44,747 bases of DNA, from the NCBI GenBank assembly GCA_964534375.1, contig CAZHPN010000027.1:1-44747 (forward strand), read 5' to 3'. Below are positions 30,726 through 40,351 of this stretch, in pieces. Made by a program: the position numbers and the translations under genes. This stretch comes from an uncultured bacterium (GTDB taxonomy: Bacteria; Lernaellota; Lernaellaia; Lernaellales; Lernaellaceae). A model generated the notes under the pieces. The model did not search any database. It saw only the letters and a list, made by a program, of their open reading frames with translations, and was not told the origin of the DNA. Each line of letters opens with the position of its first letter. Position 1 is the stretch's first letter.

Positions 30726-32258
30726 CTAAAAACTGCTCGGCAGCGGAATGCGAGTGATGAGCGCCGCGAAGTCTTCATCGGTGAAAACAAAGCCGGCGCC
30801 CAGAAACCACAGCGGCCACGAGTGGCGGGCCAGGACCGATTTGTTCACGATATCGTCGGCGCCGGCGGTGAGAAAAAAATGATCGAGAAACATGAAATCC
30901 ATGCCGGCTTTGAGTTGCGGATTGTTTGGATTGGTGAAGTCGCGGACCTCGAGCGACAGCGTCAGGTGGTCGTCGAAAAACTTGAGATCCGTGCCGACGC
31001 CGGCGGTGTTTTCGATCAGCCCGCCGTGCACGACGAACCAATACCAACGCTTGGCGAACTGCGCGTTAAACCGGATATTGTATTCGTTGTAGTAATCGGT
31101 TTGCGTGATCACTTTCTCGGTCGTCTGGTTTTTCGTGCCGGCGTTGTGCGTCGTCGTCGTCGTCGTTTTGCTCAGGTTGTCGTAGTCGAACGGGTCGTCG
31201 ACGATGCCCACCTCGTACCAATGGTCGAGGGCCGGCTGCAGGCGCAGGGTGACGTACGACTTGAACTGCCCTTGGTTGGGGTAGTACTCGCCGCGATACC
31301 CGAGCGCCAATTGGATGCGCCGGATGCGGGCGACGAAGTCGTTGACCGTGTCGATCGTGTCGGACACGTTGTTCGCCATCTGTTTGTCGCTGACCAGCGC
31401 GCCGACCGTCCCCTGGCCCGCGTCGATTTTCCCGGTGATCGAGGCAATGTTGGTCATCGCGTCGGTCAGGCGTTGTGAGGATACGGCCAACGCTTTGATC
31501 GTCTGGTTGAGTTCTTCGTTGTTCGACTGCGTCAGATTGGCGAGGTTGGCCGTCAACACCTGCAGGTTCTTGGCGATGGCCGGCATCGCGCCGATCGCTT
31601 CGCCCACGGCCTTGCGGTTTTCCTCGGTCATCCCCGCCATAGCGCCGGTCAGGCGCTCGATGTTCGCCGCGATTTGGTTCATCCGCTCTTGATTGTCCGC
31701 GAGCGCGCCCGCCAGCCGTTGCGTGATTTCCTGTAGATTCATGAAGACGTCTTGGATGCCCTCCCGGCCCTCCTCGCCGCCAAAAACCTTGCGCAGGTTC
31801 GTCGTAATCGCCTTGACGTCGTCGGCAATGTCGCCCGCCCGCGCGGTGAGCGCGGACAATTCGCCCGACATGGCGGCGTTCGCCATTTCGTCGCCCGGTT
31901 TGTAGAACTGCGCGCTCTTGCCCGGTGCGATCTCCAGGTACTTGGCGCCCAGAAATCCGCGCGATTGCACGGAAATCTGGCTGTCGTTAGGGATTTTGGT
32001 TTCTTCGCGGATCTTGAAGTAAACTCGGGCGCGGCCCTTCTCCAATTCGATCTTATGGACGATGCCCGTGCGAATTCCGGCCATCAGCACCGGCGTGTCG
32101 GGGTTCAACCCGGCCGCCGTGTCGAACACCGCGCTGAGTGTATATCCGCGCGCTTCGCCGATCTGGTAGTTGCCGAGCCGGAGGCTGATGAAGGCAATCA
32201 GGCCAAAGCAGACCACAAAAAACAGGCCTACCTTGGTCTCAAGATTGATTCTCTTCAC
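30726..32258 (-). CDS. mlaD: MCE/MlaD family protein, long form with helical stalk and beta-rich C-terminus
   Basis: ETKVGLF TM anchor, FDTAAGL..PVLMAGI, GFLGAKYLEIAPG MCE motifs, coiled region, GQGTVGALVSD. Confidence 0.85.
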   Translation of the reverse strand: MKRINLETKVGLFFVVCFGLIAFISLRLGNYQIGEARGYTLSAVFDTAAGLNPDTPVLMAGIRTGIVHKIELEKGRARVYFKIREETKIPNDSQISVQSRGFLGAKYLEIAPGKSAQFYKPGDEMANAAMSGELSALTARAGDIADDVKAITTNLRKVFGGEEGREGIQDVFMNLQEITQRLAGALADNQERMNQIAANIERLTGAMAGMTEENRKAVGEAIGAMPAIAKNLQVLTANLANLTQSNNEELNQTIKALAVSSQRLTDAMTNIASITGKIDAGQGTVGALVSDKQMANNVSDTIDTVNDFVARIRRIQLALGYRGEYYPNQGQFKSYVTLRLQPALDHWYEVGIVDDPFDYDNLSKTTTTTTHNAGTKNQTTEKVITQTDYYNEYNIRFNAQFAKRWYWFVVHGGLIENTAGVGTDLKFFDDHLTLSLEVRDFTNPNNPQLKAGMDFMFLDHFFLTAGADDIVNKSVLARHSWPLWFLGAGFVFTDEDFAALITRIPLPSSF

Positions 32259-32352
32259 GCAACTCTCCGACGCACGGTCGACTCACCGGCCAGCCTGAAT
32301 CGAGCATTTTTACCTTTTGGTCCGCGCGATTGCAAGAGAAAATAAAATTCGC

Positions 32353-32382
32353 TTGACAATAAGGGACTTGGCTAGGTAAACT
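32353..32382 (+). promoter_or_regulatory. Sigma70-type promoter for the 32484 lipoprotein gene
   Basis: TTGACA (32353-32358), N18, TAAACT (32377-32382). Confidence 0.5.
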
Positions 32383-32483
32383 TCAACCAAATTATTCGGT
32401 AGTGCGACCGTTAATTTGACAAATCACGGTTTTTCGGACCCCGGGGCGGACCCGAAAAGCGTCCAGCGCAAAAGGAGCCCAAC

Positions 32484-33068
32484 ATGTTGAAGACCCACCG
32501 GCGGAACTGGTTGTTTTTGCTCGGTTTCGTCCTCGCCGCGGCGGGCGGCCTCGTCCTGGCCTCGTGCGCCGGCACGGGCAGCAGCGGCGGCGGAACCAAC
32601 GTAAGTTACGGCGACAATGTGCAGGGCATGTACCAGGTGCTCGTGCAAACGACGCAGGACACCTGCCCGGACGGCGCGCTCACCTCCGTGACCTGGTCGC
32701 TCACGGTGGAGCAGAACGCCGACTATTCGGTCGCCAACGTTTATTACCAGGAGACGGGCGCCGGCACCAAGATGGAAATGCTCTTCACGGGTCAGGTTTA
32801 CGGCACGTTGATCATTCTCAACGACGTGCAAAAGAATCCGGCCGGAAACGCCGACTGCATCCAACTGCAAATCGAGTCGTATCACCTCGATGTGGATCCG
32901 ACCGCGTCGAGCGTGAGCGGCTGGCTCAGCGACGAAATCGTTTACGTCGGCGACAATTGCTCGCCTTCCACCGTCAGTTGCAGCACCCAGCGCACGGTGC
33001 AATCGGTCACCCCGCCGGTCGACGATGACGCGTCGCCGGACGATGACGACGACTCTTCGCCGGCGTGA
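32484..33068 (+). CDS. Lipoprotein, hypothetical, four further Cys and acidic tail
   Basis: AAGGAG RBS; lipobox LASC; tail DDDASPDDDDDSSPA. Confidence 0.8.
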   Translation: MLKTHRRNWLFLLGFVLAAAGGLVLASCAGTGSSGGGTNVSYGDNVQGMYQVLVQTTQDTCPDGALTSVTWSLTVEQNADYSVANVYYQETGAGTKMEMLFTGQVYGTLIILNDVQKNPAGNADCIQLQIESYHLDVDPTASSVSGWLSDEIVYVGDNCSPSTVSCSTQRTVQSVTPPVDDDASPDDDDDSSPA

Positions 33069-33071
33069 CGA

Positions 33072-33722
33072 ATGGGTCTGGCGACCGACTTTCAGGGCGT
33101 TCTTTTTGACATGGACGGCGTGCTGCTCGACACCATGGGCGCGCACGTCGACGCGTGGCTGCGCGCCGGCGCCGATCTCGGCCTGGCCATCGACGAGCGT
33201 GAGATCTACCTGCGCGAAGGCGAAAAGGGCGAGGTTTCTGCCCGCGATTTTATCAGGGCCGCGGGATTGATGTTGACCAAGGCGCGGGTGCGGACGCTGG
33301 TCGAGACAAAGCAACGCTATTTCGCGCAGGTCGCGCGTTCGCCGCGCGTGTTTCCGCAAGCCGCCGCGGCCTTGGCGGCGTGCCGCGAGCGCGGCCTGAA
33401 GATCGCCTTGGTCACGGGAACAAGCCGGGACGAGTGGACGAAAATCTTCCCGGCCGAATTGAAAGCGGCGCTCGACGCCTCGGTCTGCGGCGACGAGGTG
33501 TTGCACGGCAAGCCGAACCCGGAGCCGTACATGACCGCCGCGCGGCTGCTCGGCCGGCAACCGCGACAGTGCGTCGCCGTCGAAAACGCGCCGTTCGGCA
33601 TTCGCAGCGCCAAGGCGGCCGGCTGCCGCGTGATCGCCGTGCGCAGCTATTTGCCCGATAACGATCTCGGCCAGGCCGACGAACGCGTCGACGACCTGGC
33701 CGAGTTTACGCGCCTGTTGTAG
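33072..33722 (+). CDS. HAD superfamily phosphatase (beta-PGM-like)
   Basis: FDMDGVLLD, LVTG, GKPNPEPY, VENAPFGI motifs. Confidence 0.92.
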   Translation: MGLATDFQGVLFDMDGVLLDTMGAHVDAWLRAGADLGLAIDEREIYLREGEKGEVSARDFIRAAGLMLTKARVRTLVETKQRYFAQVARSPRVFPQAAAALAACRERGLKIALVTGTSRDEWTKIFPAELKAALDASVCGDEVLHGKPNPEPYMTAARLLGRQPRQCVAVENAPFGIRSAKAAGCRVIAVRSYLPDNDLGQADERVDDLAEFTRLL

Positions 33723-33732
33723 CGCCGCGCGG

Positions 33733-35037
33733 TTACGGTTTCACCGCCGCCTTCGCATAGTACAGATTCTGGTCGATGGCGTCGTCTCCGTACATGTAGA
33801 CCACGCCGGGCAGGCCGTCGGGATCGACGCTGAGCGCCGGACGCTCGCCGAATTGGTTCTTGTTGTTGTCGAGGACGTCATAGAGCGTCCATCCGCCGTC
33901 GGCCAAACGCCCGAGTCGCGGAGTGAGCGGTTCTTGGCAAGCGTAGCTCACCCAAACCGCGCCATCGGATCCGAGGCGCGCCTCGATCGGGCCGTAGAGT
34001 TGGTCGCTCGTATCCGGCACGGCCGTTTCATGCCACGTTGAGCCGGACGTGTTCACCGCCATGATGACTTGCATCGGACTGCCGACGTTGAAGAAAATGT
34101 GCGGGACGTCCGTCGCGTCGAAGGCAAAGGCGAAATAGTTGTTCGTCCCGGTGACCGCCTCGGAGTCGACCTGCGTGTCTTTGGCCGTTTTCACCAAATC
34201 GTACGTCCCGTAGAACGTCACCTCGTCGGCGAAGTTGTTCTGCTCGACCTGCCACGCCATGCCGGGCAAGCCTTTGCTGTCGAACTCGAAGTCGGGGGCT
34301 TTGGTGTCGGCCAGTTGGCTGAAGATGTCGGCCGAAGTCCAGGTCCCGCTCGCGCCCTCAGTGTAGTAGAAGATGTCGCCGGAGTTGGCGTTGAAGCCCA
34401 TGACGTTGGCCTTGTTTTTCGCGTCGAATTTCAACGTCGGCCAGCCGCCGATGCCGAGGAAGCCGCCGACATTGGTCGCCACCGTGGTGATCGTCCAGGC
34501 GCCGCCCTCGGGTTTGAACGCGCACATCAGGTCCTTTGTGCTCACATTGAAGTACGCCACGCCGATGCGGCCGGTCTTGTCGACCGCGACGGACGGATCG
34601 CGGCCCGTGTCGGTCGCCGTCTCGACCGCGTCGGTCGTCCAGGCCGTGCCGGACCCCGTCTTGTAAGCGACGTTCAACCCGCCGCCGGCGGCATCGTCGT
34701 AAAACGCAACCACCGGGCTGCCGGTCGACGTGAACGCCAGGGCGTGACACCGAATCTCGGATCCGGACAGGCTCGAATCCTCGCATTGGTAGCCGGGGCC
34801 GGCGACCGTTTCGACGGCCCAGTTGTACTGCGGCGGCACGGGCGACGCGTCATCGTCGTCGTCCGCCGGCGATTGATCGTCGTCGTCGTCGTCCGTAGTG
34901 GGCGATTGATCGTCGTTGTCGTCGTCGTCGGCGCTGTCGTCATCGCCGCTGCTGGTCGAACTGCTGCAGCCGAGGTAGGCGAAGGCGACGCCGAACAAAA
35001 GCGCAAGCACCAAAACAAAACGCAGCCGAGTGGCCAT
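33733..35037 (-). CDS. Lipoprotein with Asp-rich linker and probable beta-propeller domain
   Basis: Lipobox YLGC; DDDDNDDQSP repeats; repeated W-x-x-x-x-V...S-L-A-x-D blades. Confidence 0.8.
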   Translation of the reverse strand: MATRLRFVLVLALLFGVAFAYLGCSSSTSSGDDDSADDDDNDDQSPTTDDDDDDQSPADDDDDASPVPPQYNWAVETVAGPGYQCEDSSLSGSEIRCHALAFTSTGSPVVAFYDDAAGGGLNVAYKTGSGTAWTTDAVETATDTGRDPSVAVDKTGRIGVAYFNVSTKDLMCAFKPEGGAWTITTVATNVGGFLGIGGWPTLKFDAKNKANVMGFNANSGDIFYYTEGASGTWTSADIFSQLADTKAPDFEFDSKGLPGMAWQVEQNNFADEVTFYGTYDLVKTAKDTQVDSEAVTGTNNYFAFAFDATDVPHIFFNVGSPMQVIMAVNTSGSTWHETAVPDTSDQLYGPIEARLGSDGAVWVSYACQEPLTPRLGRLADGGWTLYDVLDNNKNQFGERPALSVDPDGLPGVVYMYGDDAIDQNLYYAKAAVKP

Positions 35038-35194
35038 TGCAAGCTCCTCCGTAGATGGTTCCTTGACCGTCTATTTATGCGTCATTTTGCCTGACGAATG
35101 CAACCCGGGGCCGCCGCCGCGAAATCCATGTCATTTTGGCTGGCGATCCCGTCGGGATTCGGGCCGGCGCCGTGCCGCGCCTCGGCCGGCCTGT

Positions 35195-35481
35195 TCAGCA
35201 GCCCCCGATGTACCAGACGCCGGACGCGAGGTTTGTGCTGGCGTCTTCGCCGGTCAACAACCAAGGCCAACCGTCGGTTGCATTATCGTCCGTGGTCGCG
35301 TCGAAGCTGAAAGTCAACGAATCGCCTTCCTCAGTTTGCTGGGCAGCGAGATTTCGACTTTTCCGACGACGTCCCCGCTGCCCGCCGCGTTGAACACGTC
35401 GAACGAGAACGTGTACGGCCAGTCGGGCGCCAAATCCCAAGGGCACCTGCCGTCAGCCGTGCCGGTTGGTCCGACGGGGGC
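35195..35481 (-). pseudogene. Probable disrupted C-terminal domain of the upstream Cys-rich gene
   Basis: In frame after TAA 35482: ...WPYTFSFDVFNAAGSGDVVGKVEISLPS; after a frameshift near 35337: EEGDSLTFSFDATTDDNATDGWPW... Confidence 0.5.
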
Positions 35482-35865
35482 TTACAGATCGGTGTCATCA
35501 TCCAACGCGTAGGCGCCGCACTTGTCCCCAAGGCACGTGTCGATCGCCGGGCAATTTCCGCAGTTGCCGATAATGCACTGGGCGGCGGCGCCGGTCAGAC
35601 CCAACCCGGCGAGGTTCTTCTGGCACTCCGTCACAACCTGGCTTTCGGGCATTGGGCCGTTGCAATCGATTTGAATCGGCAGATTGCACGCGACATAGGC
35701 TTCGTCGTAGCCGCGTTGGCACGTGGACGTCGCCGAGGCGCAGTGCCCGCTGTGGCTGTGGGCCGGGTCGGTGCAGTTCGACGACGCGCCGAAAATCAAG
35801 AGGATGCCGATTGACCACAAAACGACGGCGGCGCCGGCGCAGCCGGCCGCAGATTTCTTTCCCAT
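35482..35865 (-). CDS. Small Cys-rich exported/lipoprotein
   Basis: GGGGAG RBS, MGKKS + hydrophobic segment + SSNC, about 11 Cys in the mature part, ends DDDTDL. Confidence 0.7.
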   Translation of the reverse strand: MGKKSAAGCAGAAVVLWSIGILLIFGASSNCTDPAHSHSGHCASATSTCQRGYDEAYVACNLPIQIDCNGPMPESQVVTECQKNLAGLGLTGAAAQCIIGNCGNCPAIDTCLGDKCGAYALDDDTDL

Positions 35866-35989
35866 GGGCGTCTCCCCTGCGTCCAATTGAAACGACGACG
35901 AAACCACTGCTTTCCGCGTGGTCGGAAAGACCGATGCGAAAAGATTGCACGCCCGCGACGACGGGGCGTCAAGACCAGACGGTTCGCCG

Positions 35990-36025
35990 CCGACCGGTCC
36001 GACCGGTCGGACAGGTCGACAGGTC
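35990..36025. repeat. CCGACCGGT / GGACAGGTC 9-nt repeats, partly palindromic
   Basis: ccgaccggtccgaccggtcggacaggtcgacaggtc. Confidence 0.6.
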
Positions 36026-36073
36026 TGGCGCCCGCCTCGCGGCGCTGGCGAAAGAGGGCGCGGCAAGCGGCAT

Positions 36074-37420
36074 CTACTTTGATTTCTTGTCGTACTTTTC
36101 GCGGTGTTCCCGCAACCACTCCAACCGCTGCCGAATCCGCTCTTCGAGCCCCTGATCGCTCGGTTCGTAATAGCGGCGGGTTTCCAATTCGACCGGCAGG
36201 CAGGGCTGGCCGGAAAAGTGATGTTCGAACTCGTGATCGTAGCGATAGCCGTCGTGATAGCCGAGGTCTTTCATCAGCTTGGTCGGCGCGTTGCGCAGGT
36301 GCTTGGGCACCTCGAGCGGGCCTTTCTCGCGCACGTCGGCGAGGGCCGCCTCCAGCGCCATGTAGCTGGCGTTGCTCTTGGGCGCGCAGGCGAGGTAAGT
36401 CGCGGCGTGGGCGAGGATGATGCGCGCCTCCGGCATGCCGACCATGTGCGTGGCCTGCATCGCGGCGGTCGCCAGCGGCAGCGCGCGCGGATCGGCGTTC
36501 GATACGTCCTCGGCGGAGAAGATGACCATGCGGCGGGCGATGAACATGGGGTCCTCGCCGGCCTCGATCATCCGCGACATCCAATAAATCGCCGCGTCGG
36601 GGTCGGACGCGCGCAGGCTCTTGATGAACGCGGAAATGACGTTGTAGTGCTGCTCGCCGGCCTTGTCGTACAGCAGCGCCTTGGCCTGGATCGCGCGCTC
36701 GGCCGCTTCGAGGGTGATCGTCGGCTTGCCGTCGACCTGCGGCAACTCGCCCGCCGCCGCGATTTCCAGAGCGTTGAGCGCGATCCGCGCGTCGCCGTGC
36801 GCCTGCCGCGCAAGGTGGTCGAGCGCCTTGGGCGTAATCGTCAGCGGCAGCTTGCCCAGGCCCCGCTGCTTGTCGGCGAGCGCGCGGCGCAGGATCGTTT
36901 CCACATCCGCCGGCCCGAGCGGATCGAGCGTCACGACGCGGCAGCGCGAGAGCAGCGCCGAATTGATTTCGAAGCTCGGGTTTTCCGTGGTCGCGCCGAC
37001 GAGGATCAGCGTGCCGGCTTCGACGTGCGGCAGGAAGCTGTCCTGCTGGCTTTTGTTGAAGCGGTGGATTTCGTCGACGAAGAGCACGGTCTTCTTGCCA
37101 GTGGAGCGCAGGCGCTGCTTCGCCTCTTCGACGATCACCCGGATTTCCTTGACGCCCGAGAGCACGGCCGAAAAGCTGACGAACGCCGACTCGAAATGCT
37201 GCGCGATGACGCGCGCGATGGTCGTCTTGCCGCTGCCCGGCGGCCCCCAGAAAATCAGCGACGGCAGGCTGCCGGCGGCGAGCGCCTCGCGCAGCAGGCT
37301 GCCGGGCCCGACCGCCGCGTCCTGCCCAACGACCTCCTCGAGCCGCCGCGGCCGCATGCGGTCCGCCAGCGGCGCATGGGCGTCTACGGGTTCGGAGCCG
37401 GAAAACAAATCTTGCGTCAT
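36074..37420 (-). CDS. rarA: Replication-associated recombination protein A (MgsA/RarA AAA+ ATPase)
   Basis: PLADRMRP, WGPPGSGKTT, FVDEIHRFNKSQQD, GATTENPSFE, ISAFIKSLR, VPKHLRNAPT. Confidence 0.96.
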   Translation of the reverse strand: MTQDLFSGSEPVDAHAPLADRMRPRRLEEVVGQDAAVGPGSLLREALAAGSLPSLIFWGPPGSGKTTIARVIAQHFESAFVSFSAVLSGVKEIRVIVEEAKQRLRSTGKKTVLFVDEIHRFNKSQQDSFLPHVEAGTLILVGATTENPSFEINSALLSRCRVVTLDPLGPADVETILRRALADKQRGLGKLPLTITPKALDHLARQAHGDARIALNALEIAAAGELPQVDGKPTITLEAAERAIQAKALLYDKAGEQHYNVISAFIKSLRASDPDAAIYWMSRMIEAGEDPMFIARRMVIFSAEDVSNADPRALPLATAAMQATHMVGMPEARIILAHAATYLACAPKSNASYMALEAALADVREKGPLEVPKHLRNAPTKLMKDLGYHDGYRYDHEFEHHFSGQPCLPVELETRRYYEPSDQGLEERIRQRLEWLREHREKYDKKSK

Positions 37421-37548
37421 GAGGCGCAACATATCATTAAAGGCCGGAAGGCGGGGAGGCGGCGCGACCAGCCGCGGGACTGCGCGACGGAGCCGCGAGA
37501 GCAGAATGCCGGACGGCCGGCTGGGCGCCAGCGGTGCAATGCATCATT

Positions 37549-37736
37549 GCGTGGGGCAGCGCCCCAGGCGGGCGCTCCCCGAGATTACGCCGGGAATGAA
37601 ACGGGCCGTTGGCCCTGTCATTCGCACGGGCAGCACAACCCCGGGCGGCTGCGCCACACATCGCGGGGCACAGCGAGCGGCGCCCCCCGCCCGGGGCGGG
37701 ACGCCACACATGACGGGCGCAGCAAGCGGCGCCTCT
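37549..37736. repeat. Cluster of REP-like GC-rich palindromes with a ~43-nt degenerate direct repeat
   Basis: gggcggctgcgccacacatcgcggggcacagcgagcggcgcccc (37643-37686) vs gggcgggacgccacacatgacgggcgcagcaagcggcgcctc (37694-37735); hairpin gaatga..gggcc-gtt-ggccc..tcattc (37594-37623). Confidence 0.55.
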
Positions 37737-37745
37737 GTCGTGTCG

Positions 37746-37777
37746 CACTGGCCACCGACCACTGGGCACTGACCACT
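37746..37777. repeat. CACTGRC heptamer repeat x4.5
   Basis: cactggc caccgac cactggg cactgac cact. Confidence 0.8.
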
Positions 37778-37780
37778 TCT

Positions 37781-38839
37781 TCAATACCGCCGATGCCGCC
37801 GGAAGAAGTTCCAGATCGTTTCCGCCGCGTCGAGCTGGCGGCTGGAGCGGCCGATCAGCGCCACGGGCAGATATTGCACGCCGCCGGGCCAGGCGTGGCC
37901 GCCGCCTTCGACGGCGTAGAGCATCACCTCCGCGCCTTCGCGGCAGCCTTGGAAGAACTCGCGGCGCACGGTCGTGCCGTCGGCCGGCGCGATCGCCGGG
38001 TCGCGGACCATCTCGGGCGCCTCCGCGCAGCCGTCGGCCTTCGCCCACAACTTCATCGTCTCGTTCGTCGAAAGGACCGTTCCGCGGCTGCGCCCCAGCC
38101 GCCCGAGCCGAATCTCGCCGCCGCTGAATGGCACGAGCGGGTCGTCCGTGCCGTTGATCGTCAGCACGGAAACCGTCTTCGCCGGATGGCAGGTCGATTC
38201 GAGATTCTGCGGCAACTGGCCGGCGACGGGCGCGATGGCGCCGATCTTTTCCGAGAGTTCGCAGCCCAGGCGATTGACCATCATCGCCCCGTTGGAAATG
38301 CCCGTCGCGAACACGCGTTTCGGGTCGATGTTCTGCGTCGCCACTAGGCGATCGATCAGCTCGGAGATGAACCCGACATCGTCGACCGGCCCCGGCGGGG
38401 GCGCCGGCTCAACCTTGCTCACGGTCAGGCGCTGGTTCAGCGCGACGGCCAACCGGCCCTCGTTCGGCGTCGCCCGTTGGGCCGGAATCACCTCGGCTTC
38501 GCGGCCGTCGTTCCAGCTATTGCCGATGCCCTCCGGATAAACGACGACGAAGCCGTCGCGGTCCGCCAGCTTTTCGAAGGCGTCCTTCGTGAGATGGCGC
38601 ATCCGTTCGGCGTCGCCCGCGCCGCCGTGCAGCACGATCACGAGCGGCGCCTTGTGCAAGCCGTCAAGGCCCGCCGGAACATACAGCGCGTAGGTTCGCG
38701 TTCGGCCTCCAAATAGAATGGATTCGGTTTTCACGTCGCCGGCGTAGGCCAGCAGCGACGCCCCGCCGGCGAGGGCGAGCAACAGCGCGGCAAATAGCAG
38801 CGGCTTGCGGATCGAAGTTGCATGGGTGTGGTTGCGCAT
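37781..38839 (-). CDS. Secreted LpqC/PHB-depolymerase-like esterase (alpha/beta hydrolase)
   Basis: Signal peptide; PLVIVLHGG, VVYPEG, DDVGFI, TGISNGAMM (nucleophile), GTDDPLVP, GGHAWPG. Confidence 0.9.
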   Translation of the reverse strand: MRNHTHATSIRKPLLFAALLLALAGGASLLAYAGDVKTESILFGGRTRTYALYVPAGLDGLHKAPLVIVLHGGAGDAERMRHLTKDAFEKLADRDGFVVVYPEGIGNSWNDGREAEVIPAQRATPNEGRLAVALNQRLTVSKVEPAPPPGPVDDVGFISELIDRLVATQNIDPKRVFATGISNGAMMVNRLGCELSEKIGAIAPVAGQLPQNLESTCHPAKTVSVLTINGTDDPLVPFSGGEIRLGRLGRSRGTVLSTNETMKLWAKADGCAEAPEMVRDPAIAPADGTTVRREFFQGCREGAEVMLYAVEGGGHAWPGGVQYLPVALIGRSSRQLDAAETIWNFFRRHRRY

Positions 38840-38885
38840 GTTCACCTCGCGGTCTGCCGTTGGCCAAACTCGTGTCGCCCATTGC

Positions 38886-39695
38886 TCACTTATCAGCGAC
38901 GCGCCCGAACGCGATCAGGTTGAAGCCGCAGCGCCGCCGCAGCCAGCGCGGTTCGGGCAGCAGCCGGCGCAGGACGGCGGCCAGCGCGCGCAACGGCGCC
39001 CAGTTCGGCCAGACGGCGATCGTGCTGAAGGGCGACAGGCCGTCGGCGCGCACGTCGGCCAGCCCCGCCGCCGCCAGGTCGTCGGCCAGGTCGCGCCAGC
39101 CGTAGCGATGCCACGGCACGCTCCGGCTGCGGGCGAAACCCGGGTAGCCGGTGCGCTCCCAGAAGCCGATCAACGGATGCCGCCCGTTGGGTACGCAAAC
39201 GACCACGACGCCGCCGGGCCGCACCACCCGCGCCATTTCGGCGATAACGGCGCGGCGGGCGTCGCGGTCGAGCCAATGCTCGACGACTCCTTCATTAATG
39301 GCGCCGGCGAACGCGCCGTCGGCAAACGGCAAGCGCTCCAGGTCGCCGCACACGGCGGCGACCGCGAACGGCCGGCCGACCTGCTCCGCCAGCCGCGCGG
39401 CGTTGCGCTGTAGATTGGCCAGCACCTCGGGGGAGATGTCGAGGCCGACCACGCGCCGGCCGCGCCAGGCCGCAGCGAGGCTGAGCGTGCCCGAGCCGCA
39501 GCCGGCCTCGAGGACCAGGCCGTCGGCCGGGGTAGCGGCGAGCAGCGGGGCCAGGTAGCCGGAGCCGGCCATCGCCTCGATCTTCGCCGGCGGCGCCGGC
39601 GCGTCGCGGTAGACCGAATCGGCCGATTCGGCGAGGCGTTTCCAGCGGGCGCCGACGCCGGGGGCGCTGTCGCTGTTTTTTTCATTGTCCGGCAT
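38886..39695 (-). CDS. Class I SAM-dependent methyltransferase
   Basis: VLEAGCGSG, GLDIS, GDLERLPFADGAF, VVEH, RVVRPGG. Confidence 0.88.
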   Translation of the reverse strand: MPDNEKNSDSAPGVGARWKRLAESADSVYRDAPAPPAKIEAMAGSGYLAPLLAATPADGLVLEAGCGSGTLSLAAAWRGRRVVGLDISPEVLANLQRNAARLAEQVGRPFAVAAVCGDLERLPFADGAFAGAINEGVVEHWLDRDARRAVIAEMARVVRPGGVVVVCVPNGRHPLIGFWERTGYPGFARSRSVPWHRYGWRDLADDLAAAGLADVRADGLSPFSTIAVWPNWAPLRALAAVLRRLLPEPRWLRRRCGFNLIAFGRVADK

Positions 39696-39892
39696 GGGGC
39701 CCCGCAACTGCAAGCGCGTTCCGGGGGTCATAATAATAGCCCCGCGACCGGGATCAAGACCGCCGAGAAGGCAGACGGGCAAATTGCGCCGGGGGGGCTA
39801 GGCAGCAGCGAAAGTTTGTGCTGTAATCGCGCGCGCTGAGCGGCTTTGTGATCAACTTGAGACTATTGCCATAGACTTGAGGAGGAAATTAT

Positions 39893-40222
39893 ATGAAGAG
39901 AACCGTAGCGATGGTAGTGGCCTTTGCCTTTTTGCTCGCCATGGCGGGCGCGGCGCTGGCGGTCAGCGACACGATTAAACTGTCCACCAGCGGCAAGGCG
40001 AAGGTCGTGAACTTCACCCACAAGACGCACGCGGATGCGGCCGGCGATTGCAAGAAATGCCATCACACCGGCGACAAGACCAAGTGCGCCAGTTGCCACG
40101 ACGGCTCGGCCGACAAGGGCGGCGGCAAGAACGCGAAAGCAGTCTTCCACAAGAATTGCATCGGCTGCCACAAAGACGGCGGCAAGGGCCCGACCACCTG
40201 CGCGGGTTGCCACGCCGGCTAG
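39893..40222 (+). CDS. Periplasmic tetraheme cytochrome c3 family protein
   Basis: GAGGAGG RBS, signal peptide, four CxxCH (CKKCH, CASCH, CIGCH, CAGCH), extra His in FTHKTH, CHH and FHKNC. Confidence 0.92.
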   Translation: MKRTVAMVVAFAFLLAMAGAALAVSDTIKLSTSGKAKVVNFTHKTHADAAGDCKKCHHTGDKTKCASCHDGSADKGGGKNAKAVFHKNCIGCHKDGGKGPTTCAGCHAG

Positions 40223-40243
40223 TCATTTGGGTTTTTGTTCCGG

Positions 40244-40277
40244 AAAATCCCGGGGGGTCGCCCTCGGGATTTTTTTT
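40244..40277 (+). terminator. Rho-independent terminator after cytochrome c3
   Basis: aaaatcccggggg-gtcg-ccctcggga followed by T8. Confidence 0.85.
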
Positions 40278-40289
40278 GGCGGGAACGAA

Positions 40290-40318
40290 TTGACACGGGC
40301 GCGCCGGGCCGGTAACGT
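40290..40318 (+). promoter_or_regulatory. Sigma70-type promoter for the 40352 gene
   Basis: TTGACA (40290-40295), N17, TAACGT (40313-40318). Confidence 0.65.
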
Positions 40319-40351
40319 GGCGCGGTCCGGGGTCGGAGGAGGTATACAGCA

